64,000 nucleotides of DNA. Source: a phage. The notes beneath the pieces are model-generated. The model was given only the letters and a program-made list of their open reading frames with translations. It ran no database searches and was not told where the DNA came from. The stretch lies in sequence record NC_042307.1; one strand, given 5' to 3'. The position numbers and the translations under genes are program-made. Within the stretch, counting starts at the first letter, position 1, and every line of letters begins with the position of its first letter. Shown here in pieces: positions 9,208-17,937 of this stretch.

Positions 9208-9442
9208 AAAATGGGAAACAAGGAAGTTTCCAGTAAAAGAACGTAAAGTTCCTGTTTATGATACTTCGGAGAAGCTATGTAGGGTGGTTCCTGCTAGACT
9301 AGCATCCATAAATGGCATAGGCGCATGGTTGCTAAAGCAGAGAAAGCAAAGCATATCATTACGTATATCTTTTGAGTTAGACCAAATCTATAGAGAATTG
9401 GGAGAATTGATTAAAGAAAATGATAACACAGGAAGAGGTTAG
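9191..9442 (+). CDS. hypothetical protein
   Basis: ORF track 9182..9442; likely start at ATG 9191 overlapping upstream gene end. Confidence 0.4.
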   Translation: MTVKNKKWETRKFPVKERKVPVYDTSEKLCRVVPARLASINGIGAWLLKQRKQSISLRISFELDQIYRELGELIKENDNTGRG

Positions 9443-9878
9443 AGAGGCTTTTGAGTATGATCCTGAAACAGGCCATCTTAAATGGAAGAAAACAAGACAG
9501 AAGAGTCTAGTAGGTAAGTTTGCCGGTGGTAAACATAAAGGGTATATAAGAATAGGGTTTAAGCGTAGGCACTGGGGAGAACATCAGCTGGTATTCTTAT
9601 ATCATAAGGGGTACATACCAGAAGAGATAGACCACAAAAACAGGATTAAAGATTGCAACTTTATAGAGAATTTAGAAGACTCCAATAGATCTAAGCAAAT
9701 GCACAATATTAATGTACGTAAAGACAATAAGTTGGGTGAGCCTAATATCTACATGAGGGGCGATAAATATTGTGTGCTAATGCAGAAAGGATCTATTCGT
9801 AAGTACCAGCAGTGCAATACTATAGAAGAGGCTAAAAAAGTTAGGGCTAATTTTAAGTCCGAACTCTATCCAAATTAA
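9420..9878 (+). CDS. HNH homing endonuclease
   Basis: MITQEEVREAFEYDPETGHLKWKK N-terminus and HNH core LVFLYHKGYIPEEIDHKN. Confidence 0.75.
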   Translation: MITQEEVREAFEYDPETGHLKWKKTRQKSLVGKFAGGKHKGYIRIGFKRRHWGEHQLVFLYHKGYIPEEIDHKNRIKDCNFIENLEDSNRSKQMHNINVRKDNKLGEPNIYMRGDKYCVLMQKGSIRKYQQCNTIEEAKKVRANFKSELYPN

Positions 9879-9879
9879 A

Positions 9880-9925
9880 AATTTATTTGCTTTCAGGAAA
9901 AATTTTCTGTATAATAGATTCATAA
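9880..9925 (+). promoter_or_regulatory. strong T5 early promoter (PN25-like)
   Basis: aaatttatttgctttcaggaaaaattttctgtataatagattcataaatttgagagaggag; -35 ttgctt 9887-9892, 17-bp spacer, -10 tataat 9910-9915; matches my recollection of the T5 PN25 promoter. Confidence 0.8.
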
Positions 9926-9946
9926 ATTTGAGAGAGGAGTTTAAAT

Positions 9947-10651
9947 ATGGCTGGTTCTCGCAGAAAGAAACATATCCATGAAATCCCGGATGAAGTCTTT
10001 AAAAAAGTTATAGAGCATCTGGAAAACGGTGGTACTAAGAAAGCAGCATGCGAAATGCTCGGCGTATCATCCAACCCAACTATGGAAAGGATGATAGAAG
10101 AGTGGCAAGACCGTCAGATCCAAGTTGCCGAGATGAAGAAAAAGAAACGTGGTACACTCATTGAAGGTATTGAGTTGGCCAACGTTATTGAACAGTATCT
10201 ATCTGGTGATTCTTTTGAAGAGATTGCCGATCGTAATTACCGCTCCGTAGCAATGGTTAAATCTGTTCTGGAACGCTATGGTGCTCTGCTTCGTTTGAAT
10301 GATATTGTAGATCCATTGAATCCACCAATTATTCCTGATGATGCTGTGGCAGAAGAATTTGAGGTTGGAGAACTAGTTTGGGTTCCTGGATACCAGTGTA
10401 TCGGTGAAATCAAAAAAGCAATGGATAATCCTGTTGGTTGTTACCGTGTCTGGCTTCTATCAGAAGGCAAACAACAGAACGTTCATTATATGAATTACGA
10501 GCTGGCTTCTGTTAAACATCTGGAAAAGTTAGGGGTTGACGTAAAATCCCTGGGGTACAAGTGGACTCGTGAAGAAGTTATTACGTTGATTAACGAAGCT
10601 GTTAAGGCTGCCTTGAAACTTGATAAAGAAAAAGGAAAACGCCGTGAGTAG
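9947..10651 (+). CDS. putative HTH DNA-binding protein
   Basis: 234 aa directly downstream of PN25-like promoter; helix-turn-helix-like segment TKKAACEMLGVSSNPTMERM. Confidence 0.6.
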   Translation: MAGSRRKKHIHEIPDEVFKKVIEHLENGGTKKAACEMLGVSSNPTMERMIEEWQDRQIQVAEMKKKKRGTLIEGIELANVIEQYLSGDSFEEIADRNYRSVAMVKSVLERYGALLRLNDIVDPLNPPIIPDDAVAEEFEVGELVWVPGYQCIGEIKKAMDNPVGCYRVWLLSEGKQQNVHYMNYELASVKHLEKLGVDVKSLGYKWTREEVITLINEAVKAALKLDKEKGKRRE

Positions 10652-10895
10652 ACTAACTGATTTACTTAAAGATGGGGAAGTAAAAACACTATATCGTAGA
10701 AGCTGGGATAACGATAATAACGGCTTAGTGTTACTAACTTTAGATGCTGACTCGGATGTAGCTACTCAGCATACCTGGGTAGCCGGTAACTATCCATATA
10801 GCGAGGTTGTTTCATTAACAGTATGCGAAGCTATTGCAGATGATTGGGAGGTTGCCAGCATCGAGGATATGCTCGCTGTTGGCCTGGTGGAGTAA
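10644..10895 (+). CDS. hypothetical protein
   Basis: ORF track 10620..10895; probable GTG start at 10644 preceded by AAAGGAAAA. Confidence 0.45.
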   Translation: MSRLTDLLKDGEVKTLYRRSWDNDNNGLVLLTLDADSDVATQHTWVAGNYPYSEVVSLTVCEAIADDWEVASIEDMLAVGLVE

Positions 10896-10904
10896 CTACT
10901 TAAA

Positions 10905-10950
10905 AATTTCAGTTGCTTAATCCTACAATTCTTGATATAATATTCTCATA
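10905..10950 (+). promoter_or_regulatory. T5 early-type promoter
   Basis: ttgctt 10913-10918, 17-bp spacer, tataat 10936-10941. Confidence 0.6.
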
Positions 10951-10998
10951 GTTTGAAAGAACTATTCTGTTTAATTCTTAATTAAGGAAATATAAAAT

Positions 10999-11409
10999 AT
11001 GACTACTCCAACTCAGTGGACTGATGAACTGTTCGAAAAAATGTCTTCCGAATACGTTGCTCGTATGGAGCAATTCCCAGAGGATGAACGTCCGGGTGTT
11101 AGCATGGAAATTGTTAGCGAAATTGCCCAGGAAAATGGTGTAACTCCGAACGGTTTTCGTATGAAGCTGACTAAAGCAGGTTTGTATATTAAGAAAGCTG
11201 CTGGTTCTACTTCTAAATCTAGCGCATCTACTGGAGAAAAAGCTTCCGGTGGTTCTCGTACCTCCAAAGCTCAAGCCCATGCCGACCTTCGCGCAGCATT
11301 CTCTGACGCTGGCTTAGCACCAGATTTTATGGATGATGCAATTATCGACAAACTGACTGGTAAAGCGGCCGCTCATCTGGCAGAAGCAATTCGAGCTATC
11401 ACTAAGTAA
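10999..11409 (+). CDS. small highly expressed protein with HeH/Rho_N-like DNA-binding motif
   Basis: 136 aa; host-optimal codons (cgt, ctg, ggt, gct); motif EIVSEIAQENGVTPNGFRMKLTKAGL resembles repeats in 14136..14903. Confidence 0.65.
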   Translation: MTTPTQWTDELFEKMSSEYVARMEQFPEDERPGVSMEIVSEIAQENGVTPNGFRMKLTKAGLYIKKAAGSTSKSSASTGEKASGGSRTSKAQAHADLRAAFSDAGLAPDFMDDAIIDKLTGKAAAHLAEAIRAITK

Positions 11410-11445
11410 TTTTAGATAAATCCACCAACAAAAGGAACTACAGTT

Positions 11446-11601
11446 ATGACCAAAGCTGAAATTATCGCACAATGTGAAAAATTTGGTGAGTTTTATCTTC
11501 ATTACGAGAAACTTCGTCAGAAAGGAACCACGTACCTTCAGGGTACGATGGAATTTGATCCAGCTCAGGATAAATACCTGGCTGAGCGTATTAAACAGTG
11601 A
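11446..11601 (+). CDS. small protein (51 aa), possibly 5' part of a frame-interrupted gene
   Basis: ATG 11446 preceded by AAAAGGAAC; coding-like codon usage; ends ...AERIKQ-TGA; coding-like sequence continues in +1 frame to 11743. Confidence 0.4.
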   Translation: MTKAEIIAQCEKFGEFYLHYEKLRQKGTTYLQGTMEFDPAQDKYLAERIKQ

Positions 11602-11602
11602 A

Positions 11603-11743
11603 CGTATTCGTAAAGCGAAAGATGATGAAATCCTTGTCTTCTCTCGTACTAATGATAGCTTCCGTTTTATTCCTGTCGAGAAAGTTCGTCGTGTGACTAG
11701 CCTCCAATCAGAGTTAGATCGTGCTTCTCCAGTAGGCCGATAA
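11603..11743 (+). other. coding-like segment in +1 frame relative to 11446..11601 (ERIRKAKDDEILVFSRTNDSFRFIPVEKVRRVTSLQSELDRASPVGR), no start codon
   Basis: Strong codon bias, open frame lacking ATG/RBS, immediately after the TGA of the upstream small ORF. Confidence 0.35.
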
Positions 11744-11753
11744 GAAAACAATT

Positions 11754-11776
11754 AGCCCCTATATGGGGCTTTTTGT
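11754..11776 (+). terminator. rho-independent terminator
   Basis: agcccc-tatat-ggggct followed by ttttt. Confidence 0.6.
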
Positions 11777-11793
11777 GTATTTGGGATGTGTAA

Positions 11794-12102
11794 ATGAGCG
11801 AACAGGTAAATCAAAACTATGAAGGACACGTTGATGACCAGTCCATCATACTTTGGGAGAAGGAGGGGGAACAAGTAAGATTAACAGTATCTGAATTTCG
11901 TGGGAATCTATACATGGGTATTCGTTACTGGCTTCTTGATATTAATGATGAATGGTTTCCAACGAAATCTGGCTTCTCTTTTCCTTACACCCTAGAAACA
12001 ACATCACAGCTTTTCTATGCGTTTACACAGATTCTTAGCGAATCTGAGGTTTTACATGAAGTACAGAAACGAGCTGAAGAACTAAAAGCCAAGAATGCCT
12101 AG
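11794..12102 (+). CDS. hypothetical protein
   Basis: 102-aa ORF; stop lies in loop of downstream terminator. Confidence 0.6.
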   Translation: MSEQVNQNYEGHVDDQSIILWEKEGEQVRLTVSEFRGNLYMGIRYWLLDINDEWFPTKSGFSFPYTLETTSQLFYAFTQILSESEVLHEVQKRAEELKAKNA

Positions 12103-12116
12103 TTCTTGGCTTTTTC
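12088..12116 (+). terminator. rho-independent terminator
   Basis: gccaagaa-tgcctag-ttcttggc followed by ttttt. Confidence 0.6.
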
Positions 12117-12124
12117 TTTATAAA

Positions 12125-12170
12125 TGTATTTGCTTTCAACTCAGTTTTGTTATATAATATTTATATAAAT
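12125..12170 (+). promoter_or_regulatory. T5 early-type promoter
   Basis: ttgctt 12130-12135, 17-bp spacer, tataat 12153-12158, then taaattaatgagag. Confidence 0.6.
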
Positions 12171-12189
12171 TAATGAGAGATATAAATAA

Positions 12190-13161
12190 ATGACTAATGT
12201 AAAAGAATTTATTAAACGCTGTCAAGAAGCATATTATCAAGGCATGTCTTTAATCTCAGATGAAGAATATGATCGCCTGGTAAAACGCTTCCCGTTAGAG
12301 GAAGAGATCGGGCCTAAGGGTGATATTCCACATCTATATCGTATGTATTCTTTACAGAAAGTTTACTATAACCGCGGTGATAAACCACCATTCAATCCGT
12401 TAGGTCAAGTAGAAACTGATAAGTTAGATGGTTGTGCAATTTCTCTGCTATATATTAATGGCGAATTTGTTCAAGCACTAACTCGTGGTAATGGTATTCT
12501 GGGGAATGATGTCACAAGCAACGTAAGATTGCTGAACATTCCTAAAAAGATTTCCCAAAAAGTACCTACTCAAATCACTGGTGAAGTTCTAATTACAAAA
12601 GAAGTAGAAAATAAACGTAACTTTGCCTCTGGTGCTATTAACCTCAAAGATAGCGATGATTTCGTACAACGTATCGGGGAAGGTGGTTTAATCTTCGTTG
12701 CATATGGTATCCAGTGTTCTGCTGAATCTGTAGGTATTACAGAAGCATATTTAAAAGATATGCTTTGGCTAGAGAATGAGAACTTCTTAACAGTTGTTAA
12801 TGTGCGTTCCTTCTTTAAATGGATTCCGACGGACGGTAAAGTTGTTCGTATTAATGACAACAACAAATTCTTCCGCGAAGGCTGGACTAATAAATTTCCT
12901 CGTGGAGCATTCGCTGTTAAAGAGGATGAAGAAGGCGAGATTACAACTCTTACTAAAGTTGAATGGCAGGTAGGGGCTTCTGGTAAAGTAACTCCAGTTG
13001 GTTATTTCGAACCGGTAATTATTGATGATGCTACAATTGTTAAGGCGACTCTTAATAACGTTGATTATATTAACTCTCTCGATCTAGAGATCGGTTGCCA
13101 GATTCGAGTGATTCGTGCTGGTGGTGTAATCCCATGCATAGTAGAGCGAGTATACGATTAA
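12190..13161 (+). CDS. NAD-dependent DNA ligase, N-terminal fragment (adenylation + OB domains; 'subunit A')
   Basis: KxDG adenylation motif KLDGCAIS; 323 aa ends before the Zn-finger/HhH/BRCT region, which is encoded by the next ORF. Confidence 0.8.
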   Translation: MTNVKEFIKRCQEAYYQGMSLISDEEYDRLVKRFPLEEEIGPKGDIPHLYRMYSLQKVYYNRGDKPPFNPLGQVETDKLDGCAISLLYINGEFVQALTRGNGILGNDVTSNVRLLNIPKKISQKVPTQITGEVLITKEVENKRNFASGAINLKDSDDFVQRIGEGGLIFVAYGIQCSAESVGITEAYLKDMLWLENENFLTVVNVRSFFKWIPTDGKVVRINDNNKFFREGWTNKFPRGAFAVKEDEEGEITTLTKVEWQVGASGKVTPVGYFEPVIIDDATIVKATLNNVDYINSLDLEIGCQIRVIRAGGVIPCIVERVYD

Positions 13162-13211
13162 TACATAACCCTTTGCTACCCATCTACCATATCGGAATTA
13201 TAAAGTGGTTA

Positions 13212-13240
13212 TTGACATTTTCGCCGCTTAGGTATATACT
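13212..13240 (+). promoter_or_regulatory. consensus-like sigma70 promoter inside the ligase inter-ORF spacer
   Basis: TTGACA (13212-13217), 17-bp spacer, TATACT (13235-13240). Confidence 0.5.
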
Positions 13241-13304
13241 ATTATCATTCAGTTGAGGGATAGAAAGTTATGGCGAGGGTAAGCAAAGTTAGTTAAAATT
13301 GTAG

Positions 13305-13333
13305 TTGCTAAATGCTTAAATACTTGCTATAAT
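13305..13333 (+). promoter_or_regulatory. T5 early-type promoter upstream of ligase C-terminal ORF
   Basis: ttgcta 13305-13310, 17-bp spacer, tataat 13328-13333, then atttatataaattgataagg. Confidence 0.6.
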
Positions 13334-13363
13334 ATTTATATAAATTGATAAGGAAGAAATTTG

Positions 13364-14143
13364 ATGAAAATCGAAATTCCAACACAATGTCCCTCTTGTG
13401 GTTCTAAGCTAGATCTTGTCAACGGACAATTATTCTGTCGTAATAAGTCCAACTGTCCAGCGCAATCAAGTAAGTTAATTGAGAACTTCTGTACAAAAAT
13501 GAAGTTAAAGGGCTTTGGCCCAAAAACTATTGAGAAGCTGGAGCTGACGAAGATTTCAGAACTATTTTACCTAACCGAAGAAGATTTGGTTAGAGCCGTG
13601 GGTAGCAAGGTTGCCGCTAAGTTAATTAGCGAATTAAATACTAAAGTTCGCGGAGACATTGACTTTGGTTCAGTTCTCGGTTCTTTAGGAATCACTCTAA
13701 TTGGAGAGGTTGCAGCAAAGAAATTATCCCAAAATTGCACTAGCTTCCATGATGTGAAGGCTGACGGCAAGGCTGGAGAAAATTACAAAGCCTGGCTAAA
13801 TTCCCCACAAGGCAAGGATGTTATTGAACTACCGTGGAAATTTTCAACTGGTATTAAGGGCACTAAAGCTGACGTCATCATTACAGATGAATTAGTTGCC
13901 CAGCCAAATGGAATCGCGGTATGTATTACCGGATCTTTGCAAGATTTTGCAAATAGAACGGATGCAACAAACTATTTAGAAAGTCTAGGGTATACGGTTA
14001 AGAAATCCGTTACCAAAGACGTCAAATACCTAATCTGTGAGGATGAATCGAAGCGTTCCTCCTCATCTTATAAGAAAGCCGAAACGAATGGGATAGAAAT
14101 CCTGTCGATTAAAGAACTATTGGAGAAAAATAATAATGTCTAA
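13364..14143 (+). CDS. NAD-dependent DNA ligase, C-terminal fragment (Zn-finger, HhH, BRCT-like; 'subunit B')
   Basis: C4 Zn-finger CPSCGSKLDLVNGQLFCRNKSNCPAQ near N-terminus, then helix-hairpin-helix-like GFGPKTIEKL; ATG 13364 with AAGGAAG RBS. Confidence 0.8.
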   Translation: MKIEIPTQCPSCGSKLDLVNGQLFCRNKSNCPAQSSKLIENFCTKMKLKGFGPKTIEKLELTKISELFYLTEEDLVRAVGSKVAAKLISELNTKVRGDIDFGSVLGSLGITLIGEVAAKKLSQNCTSFHDVKADGKAGENYKAWLNSPQGKDVIELPWKFSTGIKGTKADVIITDELVAQPNGIAVCITGSLQDFANRTDATNYLESLGYTVKKSVTKDVKYLICEDESKRSSSSYKKAETNGIEILSIKELLEKNNNV

Positions 14144-14903
14144 ACTGAACTGGAACGTAGAAGGTGTAACCGAGTCTCTGAAAGCAAAAGCCACTGCTCT
14201 GGGTGTTGCTGTAATCTCTCAAGAACAAGTAGCTGCTATCGCTGCTGAACTGGCTGCTGAAACTGGCAAAGATGTTACTGCTCGCTCTGTTGGCTCTAAG
14301 CTGCGTAAAGAAGGTTTTGAAGTACAAAAAGCTAACGAAGTACAGAAATCCCCGTGGACTCCTGAGCAGGAAGCTGAACTGGTTGATTTCCTGAACGCTC
14401 ATGCTGGTCAGTATACCTATGCTGAAATCGCTGCTGCTGTAGCTGGTGGTCAGTTCGGTGCTAAACAGGTACAGGGTAAGATCCTGAGTCTGGAAATGAC
14501 CGCTTCTGTTAAACCAACTGAAAAAGCTGCTGCTGTTCGTTCCTTCACTCCGGATGAAGAAACTGATTTTGTTAATCAGGTTGTTGCTGGAGCTACTATT
14601 GAAGCTATCGCTGCTCACTTCGGTCGCAATATTAAGCAGATCCGTGGTAAAGCTCTGAGCCTGCTTCGTGAAGGTCGTATCGCCGCTATGCCGGTACAGG
14701 AAACTTCAAGTGCTAAAACTCGTGAAGATCTGTTAGAAGGTCTGGATCTGGCTAACATGACTGTTGCTGAGATCGCTGAGAAAACTGGTAAGTCTGAGCG
14801 CGGTGTTAAATCTATGCTGTCTCGTCGTGGTCTGGTTGCTAAGGACTATGATGGTGCCGCTAAGCGTGCTAAACTGGATGCAAAAGCTGCGGCTGCTGAA
14901 TAA
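14136..14903 (+). CDS. highly expressed Ala-rich protein with four tandem HeH/Rho_N-like repeats (putative DNA-binding protein)
   Basis: Four repeats of ~40 aa (e.g. IAAELAAETGKDVTARSVGSKLRKEGF; MTVAEIAEKTGKSERGVKSMLSRRGL); strongly host-optimal codon usage. Confidence 0.7.
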   Translation: MSKLNWNVEGVTESLKAKATALGVAVISQEQVAAIAAELAAETGKDVTARSVGSKLRKEGFEVQKANEVQKSPWTPEQEAELVDFLNAHAGQYTYAEIAAAVAGGQFGAKQVQGKILSLEMTASVKPTEKAAAVRSFTPDEETDFVNQVVAGATIEAIAAHFGRNIKQIRGKALSLLREGRIAAMPVQETSSAKTREDLLEGLDLANMTVAEIAEKTGKSERGVKSMLSRRGLVAKDYDGAAKRAKLDAKAAAAE

Positions 14904-14920
14904 TCTGGTAAATTAAACCT

Positions 14921-14953
14921 AAGGGGAGGGGGCTATGCTCCTTCCCCTTTTTG
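14921..14953 (+). terminator. rho-independent terminator
   Basis: aaggggagg / ccttcccctt hairpin (one G-U position) followed by ttttt. Confidence 0.55.
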
Positions 14954-14985
14954 CATTTAGAAGGCACGAAAGCGTGCAAAGGAGA

Positions 14986-16458
14986 ATGACCTTGTTTAAC
15001 GTGCAAGCTGTAGTGTTGAAGATGCTTCTAGCTTCCGAACAGAAGCAAATAGCATTGGAAACATTCTCAAAACTGCATAAAGATCATTTTAATGACGCTT
15101 TCTCCTCAATTTACCAAGCCGTCCAGAATTATTATAAAAAATATAACACAATGCCGTCCATTGACGCACTGATGCTTGAGGCTAATAGGAACGCCCGCCT
15201 TTCTCAAGCTCTAGTCGTTTTAGCTAACACTCAAATTCCAGAAGTTAGCATGGAACAGGCACTTGAAGTCCTAGAGGCCGAGTATACGCAGGATTTATTC
15301 CTGAAGCTTCTAGAAACAGACGTGCTTCAAGATTTAACAATGCTGGATCAGGGAGAAATTCTTAACCGAGTTGCCTCCCTTCACTTAAAATTAGAAGAGA
15401 AAGTAACGAATACTGGAAAAGTATTCAACGCAGATAACATGCGTATTTTCCAGAGAGAAGAAGATACCAAACTGAACTTAATCGCTCTTGGTATTTGTAA
15501 TGAGTTCGACGCTCAAATTGGTTTAGCTCGCACAGAAACGTTACTGCTTGGTGGTTGGCGTGGTACTGGTAAATCCATTATCTGTTCAAACATACAGGTT
15601 CAGCAATATTTGAATGGAGATATTGCTCCATACTTCTCAATTGAGATGAAAGAACATGAAGTATTTAGACGTAATCTAGCCATGTTAGCTGGTGTATCAG
15701 CACTAGCAATGCGTAATAATACTCTAGAAGGTGCAGCTCTGTTGAGATTAGCCAGAACTAGAGCTAGAATGTTTAACGGTGGTGAAGAGCTTTTCGATAA
15801 CTTCGTTAAACAATACACAATGGCTAAGATGAGTGATTTCTACGATATGGAAAGTAAGCTAATAGAAGGATATGAGCTACATACTCCTATGATTATTGTT
15901 TATGATCCTGAGCTGTCTATTACAACAGTTGACGTAGAATTAAATAAATTAGTTGCTAGATATGGGGATAAAGTTACAGTAGCTTTACTTGACTATATTA
16001 ACCAAACCCGACTTCCAGATTCTAAAACCATTGATATGTATGACTGGAAAGAACAGATGGTTGTTAGCTCGTCTTTCAAATCCCTCTGCCAGAAACATAA
16101 CGTGGCTGGTGTAGCTCCTTACCAGATTGATCAAGATGGTAGAACACGTATGTCAAAAGGGATTCTTGATTCCGCAGACATGGCTGCTAATCTTAATGCT
16201 GCAAAAGCTGATAATGGTCAAGGTGCTATTATGTTTGACTTCGTTAAGACCCGTTCTTCTGATAGCGTGAAGTTTATGCCTAAAATGAACTGGGAAACCC
16301 TGCGGATGGATAACACTACCAACCTAGCAATGGAAGATATATCTCAAATGGAAGCTGAGTTCGTTATCCCTATTGAGAAGGATAAGCCAGCTCAATCTAA
16401 ACGTGCTAAGAAAGACAAAGCTGAAAATTCAACAGGTGAACAGGCCAGCGATATATGA
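14986..16458 (+). CDS. replicative DNA helicase (DnaB-like P-loop ATPase)
   Basis: Walker A LLLGGWRGTGKS; start moved from track 14935 (inside terminator hairpin) to ATG 14986 preceded by AAAGGAGA. Confidence 0.6.
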   Translation: MTLFNVQAVVLKMLLASEQKQIALETFSKLHKDHFNDAFSSIYQAVQNYYKKYNTMPSIDALMLEANRNARLSQALVVLANTQIPEVSMEQALEVLEAEYTQDLFLKLLETDVLQDLTMLDQGEILNRVASLHLKLEEKVTNTGKVFNADNMRIFQREEDTKLNLIALGICNEFDAQIGLARTETLLLGGWRGTGKSIICSNIQVQQYLNGDIAPYFSIEMKEHEVFRRNLAMLAGVSALAMRNNTLEGAALLRLARTRARMFNGGEELFDNFVKQYTMAKMSDFYDMESKLIEGYELHTPMIIVYDPELSITTVDVELNKLVARYGDKVTVALLDYINQTRLPDSKTIDMYDWKEQMVVSSSFKSLCQKHNVAGVAPYQIDQDGRTRMSKGILDSADMAANLNAAKADNGQGAIMFDFVKTRSSDSVKFMPKMNWETLRMDNTTNLAMEDISQMEAEFVIPIEKDKPAQSKRAKKDKAENSTGEQASDI

Positions 16459-16988
16459 TAACACAGGAACGACTAAAAGAACTGTTTGACTACTCCCCAG
16501 AGACTGGGGAGTTTATTAGAAAAGTATCTAGAGGCAACCAGAAAGCCGGGAGTATAGTAACTAGAAAGGATTCAAACGGTTATATAATTATCGGTATAGA
16601 TGGTAGGGATTATAAAGCCCATCGTATGGCCTTCCTATTTATGGAAAACACGTTACCTGAAAAAGTAGACCATATAAACCGTATACGAAGTGATAATCGA
16701 TGGTGTAATCTAAGAGACGCCACAGCCCAGGAAAATAGTAGAAATAAAACCGCATGTAGTAAGTCTGGATATTTGGGAGTTGCTTGGGATATAGAAAAAC
16801 AAAGATGGAGAGTTCAAGTAAGAGACTCTAATAGCACTCTTAAAAATGGTGGCAGATTTAAGTATGAAGAGCTAGAGCTAGCTGTAAATTCAGCAAATAT
16901 ATTAAGGACTAAGTTACATGGAGAACGTGCTGTTATAGAATTTTTTGATACATCTAATTATCCTTCACTGGAGGAGTTAAATTCATGA
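16455..16988 (+). CDS. HNH homing endonuclease
   Basis: MITQERLKELFDYSPETGEF..., HNH core YKAHRMAFLFMENTLPEKVDHINR; ATGA overlap with flanking genes. Confidence 0.8.
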   Translation: MITQERLKELFDYSPETGEFIRKVSRGNQKAGSIVTRKDSNGYIIIGIDGRDYKAHRMAFLFMENTLPEKVDHINRIRSDNRWCNLRDATAQENSRNKTACSKSGYLGVAWDIEKQRWRVQVRDSNSTLKNGGRFKYEELELAVNSANILRTKLHGERAVIEFFDTSNYPSLEELNS

Positions 16989-17875
16989 GTAGAATAACAG
17001 AGTTACTTGATCTAAAAGGAATTGAGTACAAGGATACAGGCGGGGATATTCTTATATGCTGCCTGAATCCTGAACACGAGGATAAACACCCAAGTTTGCG
17101 TATTGATCCTGAAACCGGGATTATGCACTGCTTGAGTTGCGGTTTTGGCAAAGGTATACCTAGTATTTATCATTATTTTAATGAGACTCAATATAGACAA
17201 TCTCCAAGACTATCCCAAGTACGTAAAAAAATTTCTGAGATTAGAAATGGATCTACGAATCTTGCAATCCCAGAATCTGCTTTTCTTTTTGAAGGTGATT
17301 TCCGAGGTATCAGTTCTAAGACCTTAAAGAAATATTTTGCTTTCCAACACCAAGAGGACTGGGAAGGCAGAATTGTATTCCCAATCACAGATGCTGTTGG
17401 ACGCAATATCCTATTTTTGGGTCGTTCTATAAACAGTTCTGCCCCTCCTAAATACTTAGTAAAACCAAAACAAGTTTCACCGCCAATTTTTCCTGTACGA
17501 TATAATACTCCAGTTCTTATTCTAGTTGAAGGCATCTTTGATATGCTGAACCTAGAGGATAATGGTATAGACTATGCTTCTTGCTGCTTTGGTACACATC
17601 AGTTTACATCTGATAACATTGCTGATAAGTTCAGTCCTTACATTATTGCTGGAGTAAGAGTAGTTGTTATCTTGCTAGATAATGATGCCTCTGGTAATAA
17701 AGCTGCTCAAGCACTAGCGAAGCTAATTCGTACAAAAACACGTTTAACACCTGTAGTTGGTAACTTCCTTCTTCCAGAAGGTAAAGACCCAGGTGATTTA
17801 AATAAAGAAGAGATCGATATGTTGGCTCAACGTATTGAAATTTTAGTTGCCGAATCGCTCAAAGATTTGGTATAA
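16985..17875 (+). CDS. DNA primase (DnaG-like, Zn-finger + Toprim)
   Basis: Zn-binding CLNPEHEDKHPSLRIDPETGIMHCLSCGFGKG; Toprim acidic motifs LVEGIFDM and ILLDNDASGNKAA. Confidence 0.8.
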   Translation: MSRITELLDLKGIEYKDTGGDILICCLNPEHEDKHPSLRIDPETGIMHCLSCGFGKGIPSIYHYFNETQYRQSPRLSQVRKKISEIRNGSTNLAIPESAFLFEGDFRGISSKTLKKYFAFQHQEDWEGRIVFPITDAVGRNILFLGRSINSSAPPKYLVKPKQVSPPIFPVRYNTPVLILVEGIFDMLNLEDNGIDYASCCFGTHQFTSDNIADKFSPYIIAGVRVVVILLDNDASGNKAAQALAKLIRTKTRLTPVVGNFLLPEGKDPGDLNKEEIDMLAQRIEILVAESLKDLV

Positions 17876-17937
17876 TATATTGGTAAGTTAGAGAAGAAAC
17901 ACTGAAGTTATACTTACTTACCAAAAGGAGACTAAAT

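Noticed and set aside
11314-11751. 145-aa minus-strand ORF overlapping the small plus-strand genes
   Set aside because: Junk-like composition and antisense to two codon-biased plus-strand coding segments.
14109-14618. 169-aa minus-strand ORF overlapping the HeH-repeat protein gene
   Set aside because: Antisense to a strongly codon-biased gene; Ser/Phe-rich junk-like sequence.
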